A stretch of 63,853 nucleotides of DNA, the filler included, from Octopus bimaculoides (lineage: Eukaryota), in the NCBI RefSeq assembly GCF_001194135.2. It is 9 parts of 9 records of this genome, joined end to end, with 100 filler letters (N's around TTAATTAATTAA, not from the genome) between each part and the next. Parts side by side here need not be neighbours in the genome. Positions count along the whole stretch, not along the records: positions 22,405 to 33,312 come from NC_069004.1; positions 33,413 to 40,490 come from NC_069007.1; 7 more parts are not named here. One strand, given 5' to 3'. Shown here in pieces: positions 28,822-39,769 of the stretch. Both the position numbers and the translations under genes were made by a program. Each line of letters begins with the position of its first letter. Position 1 is the stretch's first letter. The notes below the pieces were generated by a model. It did not search any database, was not told where the DNA came from, and worked only from the letters and a program-made list of their open reading frames with translations.

Positions 28822-29290
28822 TACAGGCTGCGAAAGATATTTGAGGATATATTTGGTAATTCAATAAGACAACTCTAATTTAGAAAAAGCCAACTGTGTT
28901 TTAATAAAAAAAATTGTACACTTGTTCTCGATAAACTTTCTGATATGATTATTCTATGAAAACTACCTTCAGCTTCGATGACTTCTTCAATGTGGAATTG
29001 GAATCTTTGACATATTTGCACTAAATTGCCCTAATTCATTTTTGACATCATCGAGACAATAGCAGCCTTCAGTGAAACTATGATATTGTGAGAATGTCGG
29101 TAAGTGTTCGTTTCAACAACGCTGCAAATGTAGTAGCCCATGGAATTTAAATCTGGGAAGTTTGGTGGCCACAAGTTTGGAGTTATAGGATCGTTAACAT
29201 TGTCTGACATCACCCTGGAAACATCAGAAGTATCTGCACATAATCTGTCATTACTTCTGTTAGATATTTCGTCCTGGTCAGAGACTAGAA
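28822..29290 (-). mobile_element. maT/DD37D (Tc1-mariner) transposase remnant, C-terminal part
   Basis: SDNVNDPITPNLWPPNFPDLNSMGYYICSVVETNTYRHSHNIIVSLKAAIV is a decayed WPPNSPDLNPLDY motif, followed by an RFxxxIEEVIEAEG-like end. Possible TIR tacaggctg at 28822. Confidence 0.8.
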
Positions 29291-29680
29291 AACAGAATTT
29301 ACATGTTGTTAGTGAGAAAGTATGTGATTCGAATTGAGTAACCTCCCCTTAAATTGCTGACCTTGTGGCAAAATCTGAAAGCAATATTTTCACCATCATT
29401 TATTTTCTCATTAGCACTCTGAGTAGTAATGGTTTGCTTCAGTCCAATTTAATAAGCTGTTGCAGTTAGAAATTATTCCGGGCTTTAAGTTTCCATCTTC
29501 ATGTGCAGAAAGAAATCAAGAATCAATGCTTTTCATACCACAAACTGAAGACGAATCTATCCTTTTGAGGGCGGGAGAAGCGCCCGTCTACGACGACGAA
29601 ATAATACCACTTCTGTGGTTTCATAGCAAGGAAAGCATAGTGTAGAATCGTGGTAACCTGTCAGATCTCTCACTTTTCCT

Positions 29681-29726
<46 letters not shown>

Positions 29727-29784
29727 TGTGTGTGTGTGTACGCGTGCATGCGCGTGAACGTCTTTATGTCCAGTTATATATACT

Positions 29785-30106
29785 CTTTTAGTTGTTTCAG
29801 TCAGCCATGCTGGGGCACCGCCTGGAAGAATTTGTAGTCGAATGAATCGACCCCAGTACTTGTATTTCTTTAAGTCTGGTACTTATTCTATATCGGTCTC
29901 TTTTGCGAACCGTTAAGTTACAGGAATGTTGACACACCAACATCGGTAGTCAAGCGACTGGCATCTTTCGGTTCCCGCGAACCAAATCTACCCACAAAGC
30001 TTTGATCTGCCCGCGGCTATTGTAGAATACACTTGCCCAAGATGTCACGCAGTGGAACTGAACTCATGACGTTAGGAAGTAAGCTTCCAACCACATAGCC
30101 ATGCCT
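29785..30106 (-). mobile_element. SINE family B, head and tail with the microsatellite linker deleted
   Basis: The tail (29785-29957) lies about 18 bp from the head (29975-30106). Confidence 0.8.
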
Positions 30107-30624
30107 GACCCTATAATATATAGGATCTAAAATTAGCTTCAACTTGATGGTAATAGTAGAATCGGCAGAGCCATACTGCGAAAGCCTCGCCTTATTTGTT
30201 CCTGTTCTTTGCGCGATGAGTTTAAATTCTGCTGAGATAATTATACCCTTTCATCCTTTCGTGGTCGATAGAAAACTATCAATCCAGGATTATAGATTAA
30301 CGGAAATGTTAGATTATCGAGGAAAGTGTCTTGCGGTGTTTGTTCCGGCTTTTTATATGTTCTGAAAGCAATGACTGCGACGGCATTGGTTTCATGCTGC
30401 ATCAACCATTCCGATAAAATTAATGGCATGGAAAGTAGAGATTTGTATTCATGAATAAACTGCTCGTGTTCCTCAAAAATCCTTGCTCAATCCTCAACTT
30501 GCAGATGCAAATATATGTTAAACTCAGCAACCTCCCATCACTGGATCTCTCTTTGGGGAAATTAACATGAAAAATCTATAATTGATTTGACAGAGACAAA
30601 TTGTCAGTTGATATATCTCAATTC

Positions 30625-31250
30625 GTTGTTGTCGGCGGCATTAACTCGTATCCGAGTAGTTGATCTATTACAAGTGATTGAGCCTCTTGATGGGTTCGGA
30701 AGGGGCCGGTGCCTTATGAGGCTGTTCAGACCAAGATGGTATAGAAGAGCCGGGGGCATTTATTGCAAGGGACGGTTGGCGGGCGACGAGGAAGTACAAG
30801 TCCTTCTTTGAGTCTTTGACGTCTGTGATTTCCATCTGCTCCGCACCCTCGATGATGACACGCCGCCTCTTGGGCGGTCCTTGACGATCGTCTCCCAGGT
30901 ACTTCGGTCAATGGAATAAAGCAGGAGAGTGGCTTTGAGCAGGTATCGGAAAAGGAATTTGGGAGCTCCGCGTGGTCTGGTACCTAAGGCCAACTCCACA
31001 AAGTGGAGTTAATAGGGTATTTTTTTAGATAGTGAAAGGCGCATTTGCGGCATACGTATGACGTGTCCCGACCAGCGGAGGCGGTGTCGTGCCATGGTAG
31101 CTTCAAGGCTGGGCAGTCCGGCCCGGAGAGTAGAACCAGTAATCTAGTTTATGATACTGCATGTGACGATAATACAGGTCCTGTAAGTGCATGTATCAGC
31201 GGTTTGGAGCTGAGTTTGTTCAAGTGCTTACACGCGCTCTAAAACTAGAT
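30625..31250 (-). mobile_element. RTE (BovB-like) LINE 3' remnant
   Basis: Frameshifted RAGLPSLEATMARHRLRWSGHVIRMP...ELALGTRPRGAPKF...WETIVKDRP and a C-terminal CNKCPRLF zinc-finger-like motif. Confidence 0.85.
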
Positions 31251-31961
31251 CTCCATATTTAAGAAGTTTAAATGATGTAGTAATACAGACACAGCAACGA
31301 TGAATTAATTGGTGTTGCTCCTGCTACGCAGCCATTCCAGGGTGCTGATGAAAATTTATTTCATTACAAAATCGTTCATTAATTATCATGTGCTTAATGC
31401 AATTCAATTGTACGTGCTCCATTGACTATTTCACGCCTAATTAAGAAATCACCTCTTTATCAATATTATTAACATAGCCGTGGTTATCATTAGAATACAC
31501 ACTCGTAACTTTCTATGTGACGCAAAACAAGTTGAAGTGTACTAATCATAATGCTGTCTGCCTAGTCTAAATGTTCTCATAAAGTTTGTTATGTATGATT
31601 TTGATTGCTTATGGTAATATTTGAAAGACGGTGTGTTGTAGAGGGCGCCAGTTGTTGAACAAATATTCGATTTTTCTGGTATTGATCTGCTCGAGAATTT
31701 GAATTTCTAGTTCAAATTCTCCTGGATTTCGCATTACAACTCCATTGAAGGATTGTGTGTGGCCTAGTGGTTAGTGCGTTGCATACACGATTGCAGAGTC
31801 GTGATTTCGATTCCCGGACATGCCGGTGCGATGTGTTCTTAAGCAAAACACTTCATTTCACATTGCTTCAGTCCATTCTCTTGTAAATATGGAGGGAAGT
31901 GCTGTCCTTGAGTGAGTTTATTGAAAGGTGGATGAAAGTTACGAAAATGGTAAGTGAAAAG

Positions 31962-31999
31962 TCTTTAACGTTTCGAGCCCACGCTCTTCCACAGAAAGG
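31962..31999 (-). ncRNA. Minimal hammerhead-like motif, third and more decayed copy
   Basis: CCTTT CTGTGGA A GAGC-GTGG-GCTC GAAA C GTT AAAGA. Confidence 0.35.
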
Positions 32000-32823
32000 A
32001 ACACCGAAAGAAACAAAGAGAGAAAACAAAAGAACATGTAGTGGCTAGCGATCTATCATGGTGAATATATATANNNNNNNNNNNNNNNNNNNNNNNNNNN
32101 NNNNNNNNNNNNNNNNNNNNNNNNNNNNNNNNNNNNNNNNNNNNNNNNNNNNNNNNNNNNNNNNNNNNNNNNNNNNNNNNNNNNNNNNNNNNNNNNTATA
32201 TATATAACGTTCACGTTACACATATACACAGTAGTGGTTGTCACTAAACGTCCAGTAGTGTCTCTTTGTTAGCAGCAAAGCACCTTTTCCTCTACTTACA
32301 GCTTGCATTGTATTTACCATTATAATTTATAAAATAAAACACACATATTTCGCCATAAGACTTTATTTTCTTTATCTCCGTGCTTTCATTTCATTGCTTT
32401 AATTCTTTTTTTTTTCTTCCGATGAGCTATAGCGAAAAAGAAAAACAAAATTGAGAACATACTTGCACTTCTTTCCCTGCTCTTGTTACAAACTGAAGTT
32501 GCAAATTGCGTGTTAGTTGCTCTCTATTTTTGCCTGAAACATTGGCAGATTTTCTAGATTAGTACTTTGTAACGTAACTCAGTAAATAAATAATTATGGG
32601 TAGAAAGGATGACTGATAATTTCCGTAAAAATGTCGTAGGAATTACTCGAAGCAGTTGGCCAATATCTTTCTTTATACTTCATATCTGCAGGACAGGTGA
32701 CCTCTATAAAAGTACATAATATTCTTTTCTGTTTCTTGTGTGCATGTTATAAACGTATGCATGCATGTATGTGTATGCGTATGTGCTTCTGTATGTAAAC
32801 CAGAAACATACATTCGCTTACGT

Positions 32824-32869
<46 letters not shown>

Positions 32870-33844
32870 TTCTACATACATACATACATACATACATACA
32901 TTCATTTGCCTAATTCACAATTTCGTAGGGCTGAACCCGAAACAATGTAGCTAAAAAATAAGTATTATCACATTGTCAGACTTTGAAGACACACACACAC
33001 ACTCACACACACACATACTGAAACATATACAGACACACACATTTGCAAATCTTACAAAACAATTTGATAAACTATATTTTCTACAGTTGGGTAATATGAC
33101 AACTGACCAAAAATTCTGTTAGTCACACGATGACTAAAGGAAATTTGCCTTTTTTGATATGTCATCGATTTGAACCATCTCAGAAAAAAACGCTCCATTC
33201 TTTATTTATTTCTTTTAACTTCTTTCTCTTCATAACAAAGCCCCCCAAAATTGACTAACCACACATGCTCACACATACAAATTCATGTGTATATATAATA
33301 TATATATATATANNNNNNNNNNNNNNNNNNNNNNNNNNNNNNNNNNNNNNNNNNNNTTAATTAATTAANNNNNNNNNNNNNNNNNNNNNNNNNNNNNNNN
33401 NNNNNNNNNNNNATATATATATATATATATACATATATACGACGGGCTTCTTTCAGTTTCCGTCTACCAAATCCACTCACAAGGCTTTGGTCGGCCCGAG
33501 GCTATAGTAGAAGACACTTGCTGAAGTTGCCACGCAGTGGGACTGAGCCCGGAACCATGTGGTTGGTAAGCAAGCTACTTACCACACAGCCAATATATAT
33601 ATATATATATATATATAAATTTCCCTCTCTCTCTCTCTCACTCTCTGGGAGAGGCACAAGCACATACACAGACATATACACATGCAGCAGTAACTTCCGC
33701 CTACCAAATTCAATCACAAAACTTCAGTCGACTCGGGGCTATAGCAGAAGACACTTGCCCAAGGTGGCACACGGTGGGACTGAACCCGAAACCATGTAGC
33801 TGGGAAGCAAGCTTCCTAACCACACAGCTATGCCCACGCCTATA

Positions 33845-34113
33845 AAAGCACTTGTGCCACTGCTACGTAAAAAGCACCCAGTGCATTCTGTAAACTGGTT
33901 GGCATTAGGAGGGGCATCCTAAACTGGTTGGCATTAGGAAGGGCATCCTAAACTGGTTGGCATTAGGAAGGGCATCCAACCATAGCAACCACCGCAAAAC
34001 AGACGACTGGAGCTTGGTGCAGTTCTCCAAGCTTCCCAGCTCCTGTCAAACCATCCGACCCATGCTAGCATGGAAAATGGATGTTAAATGATGATGATGA
34101 TGAGGAGGAGGAG
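33845..34113 (+). mobile_element. Short retroelement ending in the RTE 3' tail (CCATGCTAGCATGG hairpin plus (GAT)n)
   Basis: The 3' end matches the RTE 3' end at 41376-41440. It contains a 3x29-bp internal tandem repeat and ends about 20 bp from the PGRP-A donor. Confidence 0.75.
33894..33978. repeat. Tandem repeat, 3 x 29 bp (taaactggttggcattaggaRgggcatcc)
   Basis: Three consecutive copies with one mismatch. Confidence 0.9.
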
Positions 34114-34134
34114 GATAACTGCAGATTTTCTTAC

Positions 34135-34312
34135 CTCTGTTATCCATGTGATTGGTCTGGATACTCTGCACTAACTTGTCACAATCCTCAGTTGTGAAGC
34201 AGCTACCAGTAGCTGAATGATGGACAATGAGATACTCAGCAGGGACCTTCAGTTGTGTCACTGATTTCGGTTTTCTGGCTTTCCATTCAGTCCGATTCCG
34301 TATGCTTGGGCA
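34135..34312 (-). pseudogene. PGRP: PGRP domain exon copy A; frame open and donor intact, but 3' splice site deleted
   Basis: CPSIRNRTEWKARKPKSVTQLKVPAEYLIVHHSATGSCFTTEDCDKLVQSIQTNHMDNR followed by GTAAGA. Relative to copy B it lacks 36 nt (B 39556-39591) that include the acceptor AG and the first 10 codons. Confidence 0.8.
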
Positions 34313-34372
34313 TGAAACAATATGAATGCAAATAAATAAATAAATAAAAATAAGAACAAAAACAAAAAAGAT

Positions 34373-34650
34373 AGGCATGGCTGTGTAGTAAGAAGCTTGC
34401 ATTCCAACTGCATGGTTCTGTGTTCAGTTCCACTGTGTGGCACCTTGGGCAAGTGTCGTCTACTCTAGCTTTGGGCCAGTCAGAGCCTTGTGAGTGGATT
34501 TTGTAGAGAGAAACTGAAAGAAAGCTGTCAAAACCTCTGTCTGTGTGTCTGTGTTCGTCTCCATTACCACTTGACAACCAGTGCTGGTGAGTTTACATGC
34601 CCATAACTTAGTGGTTCAGCAAAAGGAGATGACAGAATAAGTACCAGGCT
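34373..34650 (+). mobile_element. SINE family B just upstream of PGRP exon copy A
   Basis: Head plus tail. The head occupies the same position relative to the exon as the SINE at 39335-39487 in copy B. Confidence 0.85.
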
Positions 34651-35801
34651 AAAATAATATATATATATATATTACGGAGATGTACTTGCATAGCAAGCAA
34701 CCTGATCTGAGATCGTGTGCTGGAATGCCAAATTAAATTTAAATGTTGAAGTGAATCTAACGGTTTTTGTGTGTTTCTTAAATGGCTTATAAACACCTTC
34801 CATGCTGCAATTGTTCATATATATATATATTCGATTAGAATATATTTTGGTAGTTGGCGGTACCTACTCCTGTACATGAGTAACTTTAGTTAAAATGAAG
34901 AACACTTCTCATAGAAGTACAGTTACATGAGAATATGCATACGAGTATATTAATTAGAGACACAAAAAGCAGATTTGAGTGAAATATATGCATGTATGAT
35001 CATATTTAATACGTTCATGTAAATTTGGATGTGGAAAGACATCTTTCCATCCATATTGTCTCTAAAGAGACAAGGATAATGAGGATGATCAGGTGGTGGT
35101 GATGGTGGGGCCGCTATTACAGCACATTTCTGCGTCCATCATCTGTCAGTATTTGCTTGGCTCATCCTGGGCAAATCTCTGAGCAGTGTCCCAGCCACAC
35201 TCCATCTCTGCGAGATACTTTTTTTGTCTGCCATGACCATGTAGTATAAGGTTAACCAACAGAAGCCATCACCCCAACCAGAGAAGAGAACACAATAAAA
35301 GATCTGATTCTGAAAATCGAGCAACATGACCAAAAAATTTGAGCTGACACTACATTGAATCATACAGGTAACAGAACAAATCCCAGTTTCTGAGTAGAAT
35401 CATTGGTTGGGTGTGAAATCTGACCAATGGTAACCTATATTCTTACAAAATGTGCAGGTGCCAAAGGATTTAAGGCATCTCCAAAAGGCCTCAGGCATTG
35501 GCCAAGTTTTGCAACTACATAGCAAGACAGGAAAGACCAGAGACCTGAAGATCTGAAAATTTGTCCTGCTCAGAATAGTTGAAGCTGAATTGCATTCTGG
35601 TGACTATCCTGTCTTTTATCTCTTTTTATACTCAATGTCTCTTTACCTTTTTCAGTTTTTTTCTTTCCAACTGTTTATGTGACAATGTAGAGTTCTTCTT
35701 CAGTGGAAATTTTGAAGAAAATGGTAGTATTTTATTTGGAATTACTTACGTTTCTGAGGACATTTCTTAGATTTGAGATCAACTGTTAGAACAATGAGTT
35801 T

Positions 35802-36292
35802 TCCCTGAAAATTTCAAAAGGATATTAACAAAACAACAACAACAGCAACAACAACAACAACAATAATAACTGATTCCTTTTATTGGCCACAAGGGTCCAA
35901 GACATGGAGCACAATATCAAAGGACGACTTACAACACACAAAAACAAAACAAAATAAAAGGTATTTTTCAGTAAAGGGAAGTTGAATTTGTAATTTTTAA
36001 TATTGATTTGTATTTGATTCTGGCTTATATCAATATTATATTCAAAAGATGGGGTAAAACTTTACTTTTCAATATGGGTTTATATTTACTGAAAAATATC
36101 TTCGTTATCAATTATCCTCGCTAGCAAATAAAATCTCCCTGAAAATTTCAAAAGGATATTGCAAAACAACAACAACAACAACAATAACAATAATAATAAT
36201 AACTGATTTCTTTTATTGGCAACAAGGGTCCAAGACATGGAGGATAATATCAAAGGACGACTTACAACACACAAAAACAAAACAAAATAAAG
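35802..36292. repeat. Direct duplication of about 160 bp (35802-35960 and 36136-36292)
   Basis: Both copies read tccctgaaaatttcaaaaggatatt-(AAC/AAT)n-tgattYcttttattggcMacaagggtccaagacatgg...aaaataaaag. Confidence 0.9.
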
Positions 36293-37100
36293 ATTACAAA
36301 AACAAAACCCGATGGGGGAGTGGGTTTACATCGGTCGAAGGGAGATAACTACCACATTAAAGGATACAACAGGATATATATAATAGAAACTAGAGAAAGA
36401 AATAATAAATAAATAATAATTAGAATCTGTAATAGCGGGACAGTCCACTTAAGGTAATCCAGGGTAAGCCTCACGCAAAAATCCCGGTTTACTTTGCCAT
36501 CCCCAAGAAAGTGCCCTCTTCCAGTTTTTTAGTTCCTGCTTAGAAAAGCATATTCAGAGTAGATCCATTCAGTCTCTCCAGCCTTGCCACTATTGACCAT
36601 CTTTTTGATAAACACATTAGAAGGTAGCACCTTCCTCTTCAAATTACATTTGAAGAAATTGAAGAGGACTTGGCCAAATAGGAAAGTGCCTGTCTTCAAA
36701 CCTTCCAGACGGGTTCAGCACACAGCCTCTTTTGCCACAGCCACTACGCAGAGAAAGATCTGCTTTCCTTCTCTGCTAATGGAAAGTCATGCATTAATCT
36801 TCACTATATACTTGGCAGACGGCTGAATTCGTCTCACACGTGACAACTGCTGCTCCACACAATCCCACAACTCTCTGACCCTAAATTATTGTGTGCAGGA
36901 CAGTTTCATCCTCCTGCAAGCATCTCGGTCAGGTTCAGCTGTTGGCTCTTCCATGCCTGAAGAACTTATCTCAAACAGGCAATGCCTCTCTGTAGCACTG
37001 CCATGCCAAAGACTTTTGGAAATTGCCCATGATTTTCAACCTGAAAATCCTCCAGAAGAGACTACTCAGACTGTTCTCCTTGATGCTCACACCCTCAACT
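36165..37100 (-). mobile_element. L1/Tx1-clade LINE, 5'-truncated, ORF2 C-terminus plus 3' UTR
   Basis: The - strand gives degenerate ETVLH (CCHC knuckle end) and a helical C-terminal region broken by stops and frameshifts. The 3' UTR ends in AATAAA plus a (TTA/TTG)n tail. Confidence 0.6.
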
Positions 37101-37183
37101 AATCACCCATAGAAATCTTGGGTTGTTTTCCTGCTAATGGTTTTGTGAAGCTGGTACAATGCAGTGAGTGTCTGGCGACATTC

Positions 37184-37409
37184 TATTGGGTTGTCTGGAA
37201 AGTTCGTGCCAATTTATAGTAGCTTCCCTTTCGACTTATTTGCCATGAAACCACCTCAGTTCTAGGAAGAGGGTATTTTCAAGTTAAAGGAAAGTCGCAT
37301 TGTACAACAAAACGGTTCATATTTGGTTGATTAAAAATGTAATGGCAAGTATTTATTGACCTTTCTCTTTCCTTTAAAAATTAGCACGTACTTTCCGGAC
37401 AACCCAATA
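37184..37409. mobile_element. Mariner-type MITE, about 226 bp
   Basis: TIRs of about 32 bp with TA at both ends: TAttgggttgtctggaaagttcgtgccaattt versus the reverse complement of aaattagcacgtactttccggacaacccaaTA (3 mismatches). Non-coding interior. Confidence 0.88.
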
Positions 37410-37554
37410 GATGCCAAACACCCAACTTTGGTCTATATTTGACCCATGACTTTAGCTGTGTCAATGAGATGAGCTGCGGAAAGCCGTGTTGCACGAAGGA
37501 CTCCCACACCAATTCACCTTTGTTCACACCATTGCAGTGATTTAGGTATTTCTG

Positions 37555-38232
37555 TAGGAATGAATCTTTTGTGGACCGAATAGTGACTGGTGATGAGAAA
37601 TGAGTTCTCTATAAAAATGTCAAGCACTGAAGACAGTGGGTAGGGAAAGGAGAAACACCAAGACACCAGGTTAAAGAAGTTTTTCACCTATGTAAGGTGT
37701 TATGATCTGTTTGGTGAGATATGAAAGGTTTAGTCCACTTTGAACTTTTAAACCCAAGCCAAATGATAACAAAGGAGATCTCCTGCCCCAGCTTGAGTGG
37801 CTTAAGTCAGCGCTAGAAGAAAAACGACCATCTTTGGTTTCAAGATGAAAAGTGTTCTTCCATCAGGATAATGCTTGGCTACATACAGCGAGGACGACAT
37901 TCCAAAGGTTGGAGCAGTTTAAATGGGAAATGATATCCTACCGTATTCGCCGGACATTACCCCATCTGATTATCTTTTATTCCACTGCCTTCAAAATCAT
38001 TTGGACGGAAAAAATATGAATCTGTAGAGGAGGTCAGAAAAGTGCTGGAGGAATATTTTTCATCACGGACAAGTGAATTTTGGAAGAGGGGCCTTGCAAG
38101 TCCACCAGATAGATGGAAGAGCATTGTAGAAAATGAAGGAGAGTATATTTTAGATTAAAAAAGAACTTTGTTCTTAATTTTGAAAAACAGAAGAAGTATA
38201 AAAAACAGCATTATTTATGGGATGAACCAATA
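37555..38232 (+). mobile_element. Mariner (DD34D) transposase pseudogene with 3' TIR
   Basis: DRIVTGDEK*VLYKN...FHQDNAW...PYSPDITPSDYLLFHCLQNHLDGK...RWKSIVENEGEYILD* with several stops and frameshifts. Ends ttatttatgggatgaaccaaTA. Confidence 0.92.
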
Positions 38233-38473
38233 GTAGTAGTTCTAAGCAGATTTTATAAATGATGAATAAATAGATAAAACTGTTGACAAGTGGCACGAAG
38301 AAATGTAAAAACGTTCCTTACCCCGTTTCTTCCGAGAGCAAAGACGTAGGAAGATGTAGTCCGAAGTGATTTGAAGCACTCTCCTCTTCTGAAATGCGCC
38401 CCATATATAAATCTACGTCTAAAAGAACTCCAACGTGCTGCAATTATTTTCACTTTAGTACAGACACACATAC

Positions 38474-38558
38474 CAGTAAATGCATTAGAAGGTTTTGCCT
38501 TGAAAGCCAATACCAGAAGAATTAATGGTAGCAGGAATTTTGTGATGTTGGTTGCCAT
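38474..38558 (-). CDS. Signal-peptide exon, probable first coding exon of a secreted PGRP
   Basis: ATG at 38558 gives MATNITKFLLPLILLVLAFKAKPSNAFT plus 1 nt, then a GTATGT donor (phase 1). Hydrophobic core LLPLILLVLAF. The phase matches the intact PGRP exon acceptor at 39560. Confidence 0.72.
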
Positions 38559-39559
38559 CTTGATTTTAAAGAGACAAACATTTGAAGAATAGCAATTAGT
38601 TAAAGTTCATTATAAGTATAAATACACAAAAGATGATTGCCTCATCCTGTCAAATGATAGCCATCTCACATCCAGTTAGGTTGTTCTGATATACTCTCAT
38701 ACATACCTGCATATGCACAGATATCCATTATCATAGGACTTCATAAAATACAAAACAGATCAAAAAGTGAAATGATATTGATACACTTGTGTGTCATTGA
38801 ATTGAAGTGACAAAAGTTTTTCCAACACCTGCCACTCTCGGTTGCCATAGTAAGTTCCAGTGACAAGCATTGAAAGATGATTGGTAACTAGTTTGACTGC
38901 AAGTTCTATGACAGAGTATCATTTTCTTGGAGGAGTTATCTTCTCCTTGGCTTTGCCAGGAATAACAGGAACCTCCTCTACCACTGGGAAATCTGTTTAC
39001 CCCAAAGACAGGAACCAGACTGGAACTACCATTTCAAATCAGAACAGACTTAGGAGTAATGGTAATTAGGGGGTTGACTCCATACTCCCCAAAACTCCAG
39101 AGCTCCCAGACTGGAGCAGAAACATACATACATACANNNNNNNNNNNNNNNNNNNNNNNNNNNNNNNNNNNNNNNNNNNNNNNNNNNNNNNNNNNNNNNN
39201 NNNNNNNNNNNNNNNNNNNNNNNNNNNNNNNNNNNNCTGTTACCTGTATGATTCAATGTAGTGTCAGCTCAAATTTTTTGGTCATGCTGCTTGATTTTCA
39301 GAACACACGCACACACACACACACATAGATTATGACAGGCTTCTTTCAGTTTCCCTCTACAAAATCCACTCACAAGGCTTTGATTGGCCTAAGGCTAAAG
39401 TAGATGACACTTGCCCAAGGTATCACACAGTAGAACTGAACCCAGAACCATGCAATTGGGAAGCAAGCTTCTTACCACACAGTCACGCCGATCGTTTTTA
39501 TTGTTTTTTTTTAATCTTTTTTTTTTCCTTATTTATTTTCATACTTATTGTTTCATAAG

Positions 39560-39769
39560 AAGAGGACACAGTGTTGAGGTATAATCCTTTTTGCCCAAGC
39601 ATACGGAGTCGGTCTCAATGGAAAGCCAGAAAACCGAAATCAGTGACAAGACTGAACGTCCCTGTCGAGTATTTCGTTGTCCATCATTCAGCTACTGGTA
39701 GCTGCTTCACAACTGAGGCTTGTGACAGGTTAGTGCGGAGTATCCAGAACTATCACATGGATAAAAGAC
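39560..39769 (+). CDS. PGRP: PGRP domain exon copy B (short-type PGRP / amidase-2 fold, N-terminal part)
   Basis: Polypyrimidine tract plus tttcataAG acceptor and GTAAGT donor; 210 nt, phase 1 to 1. (E)EDTVLRYNPFCPSIRSRSQWKARKPKSVTRLNVPVEYFVVHHSATGSCFTTEACDRLVRSIQNYHMDKR shows PGRP hallmarks CPxIxxRxxWxAR, VxHH(S/T)A, CxxxxxC and IQxYHM. Confidence 0.92.

Noticed and set aside
38600-39100. TATA-like (38606-38620) and kB-like (gggaaatct near 38985) motifs upstream of the PGRP leader
   Set aside because: Imperfect matches expected by chance in AT-rich DNA; no TSS evidence.
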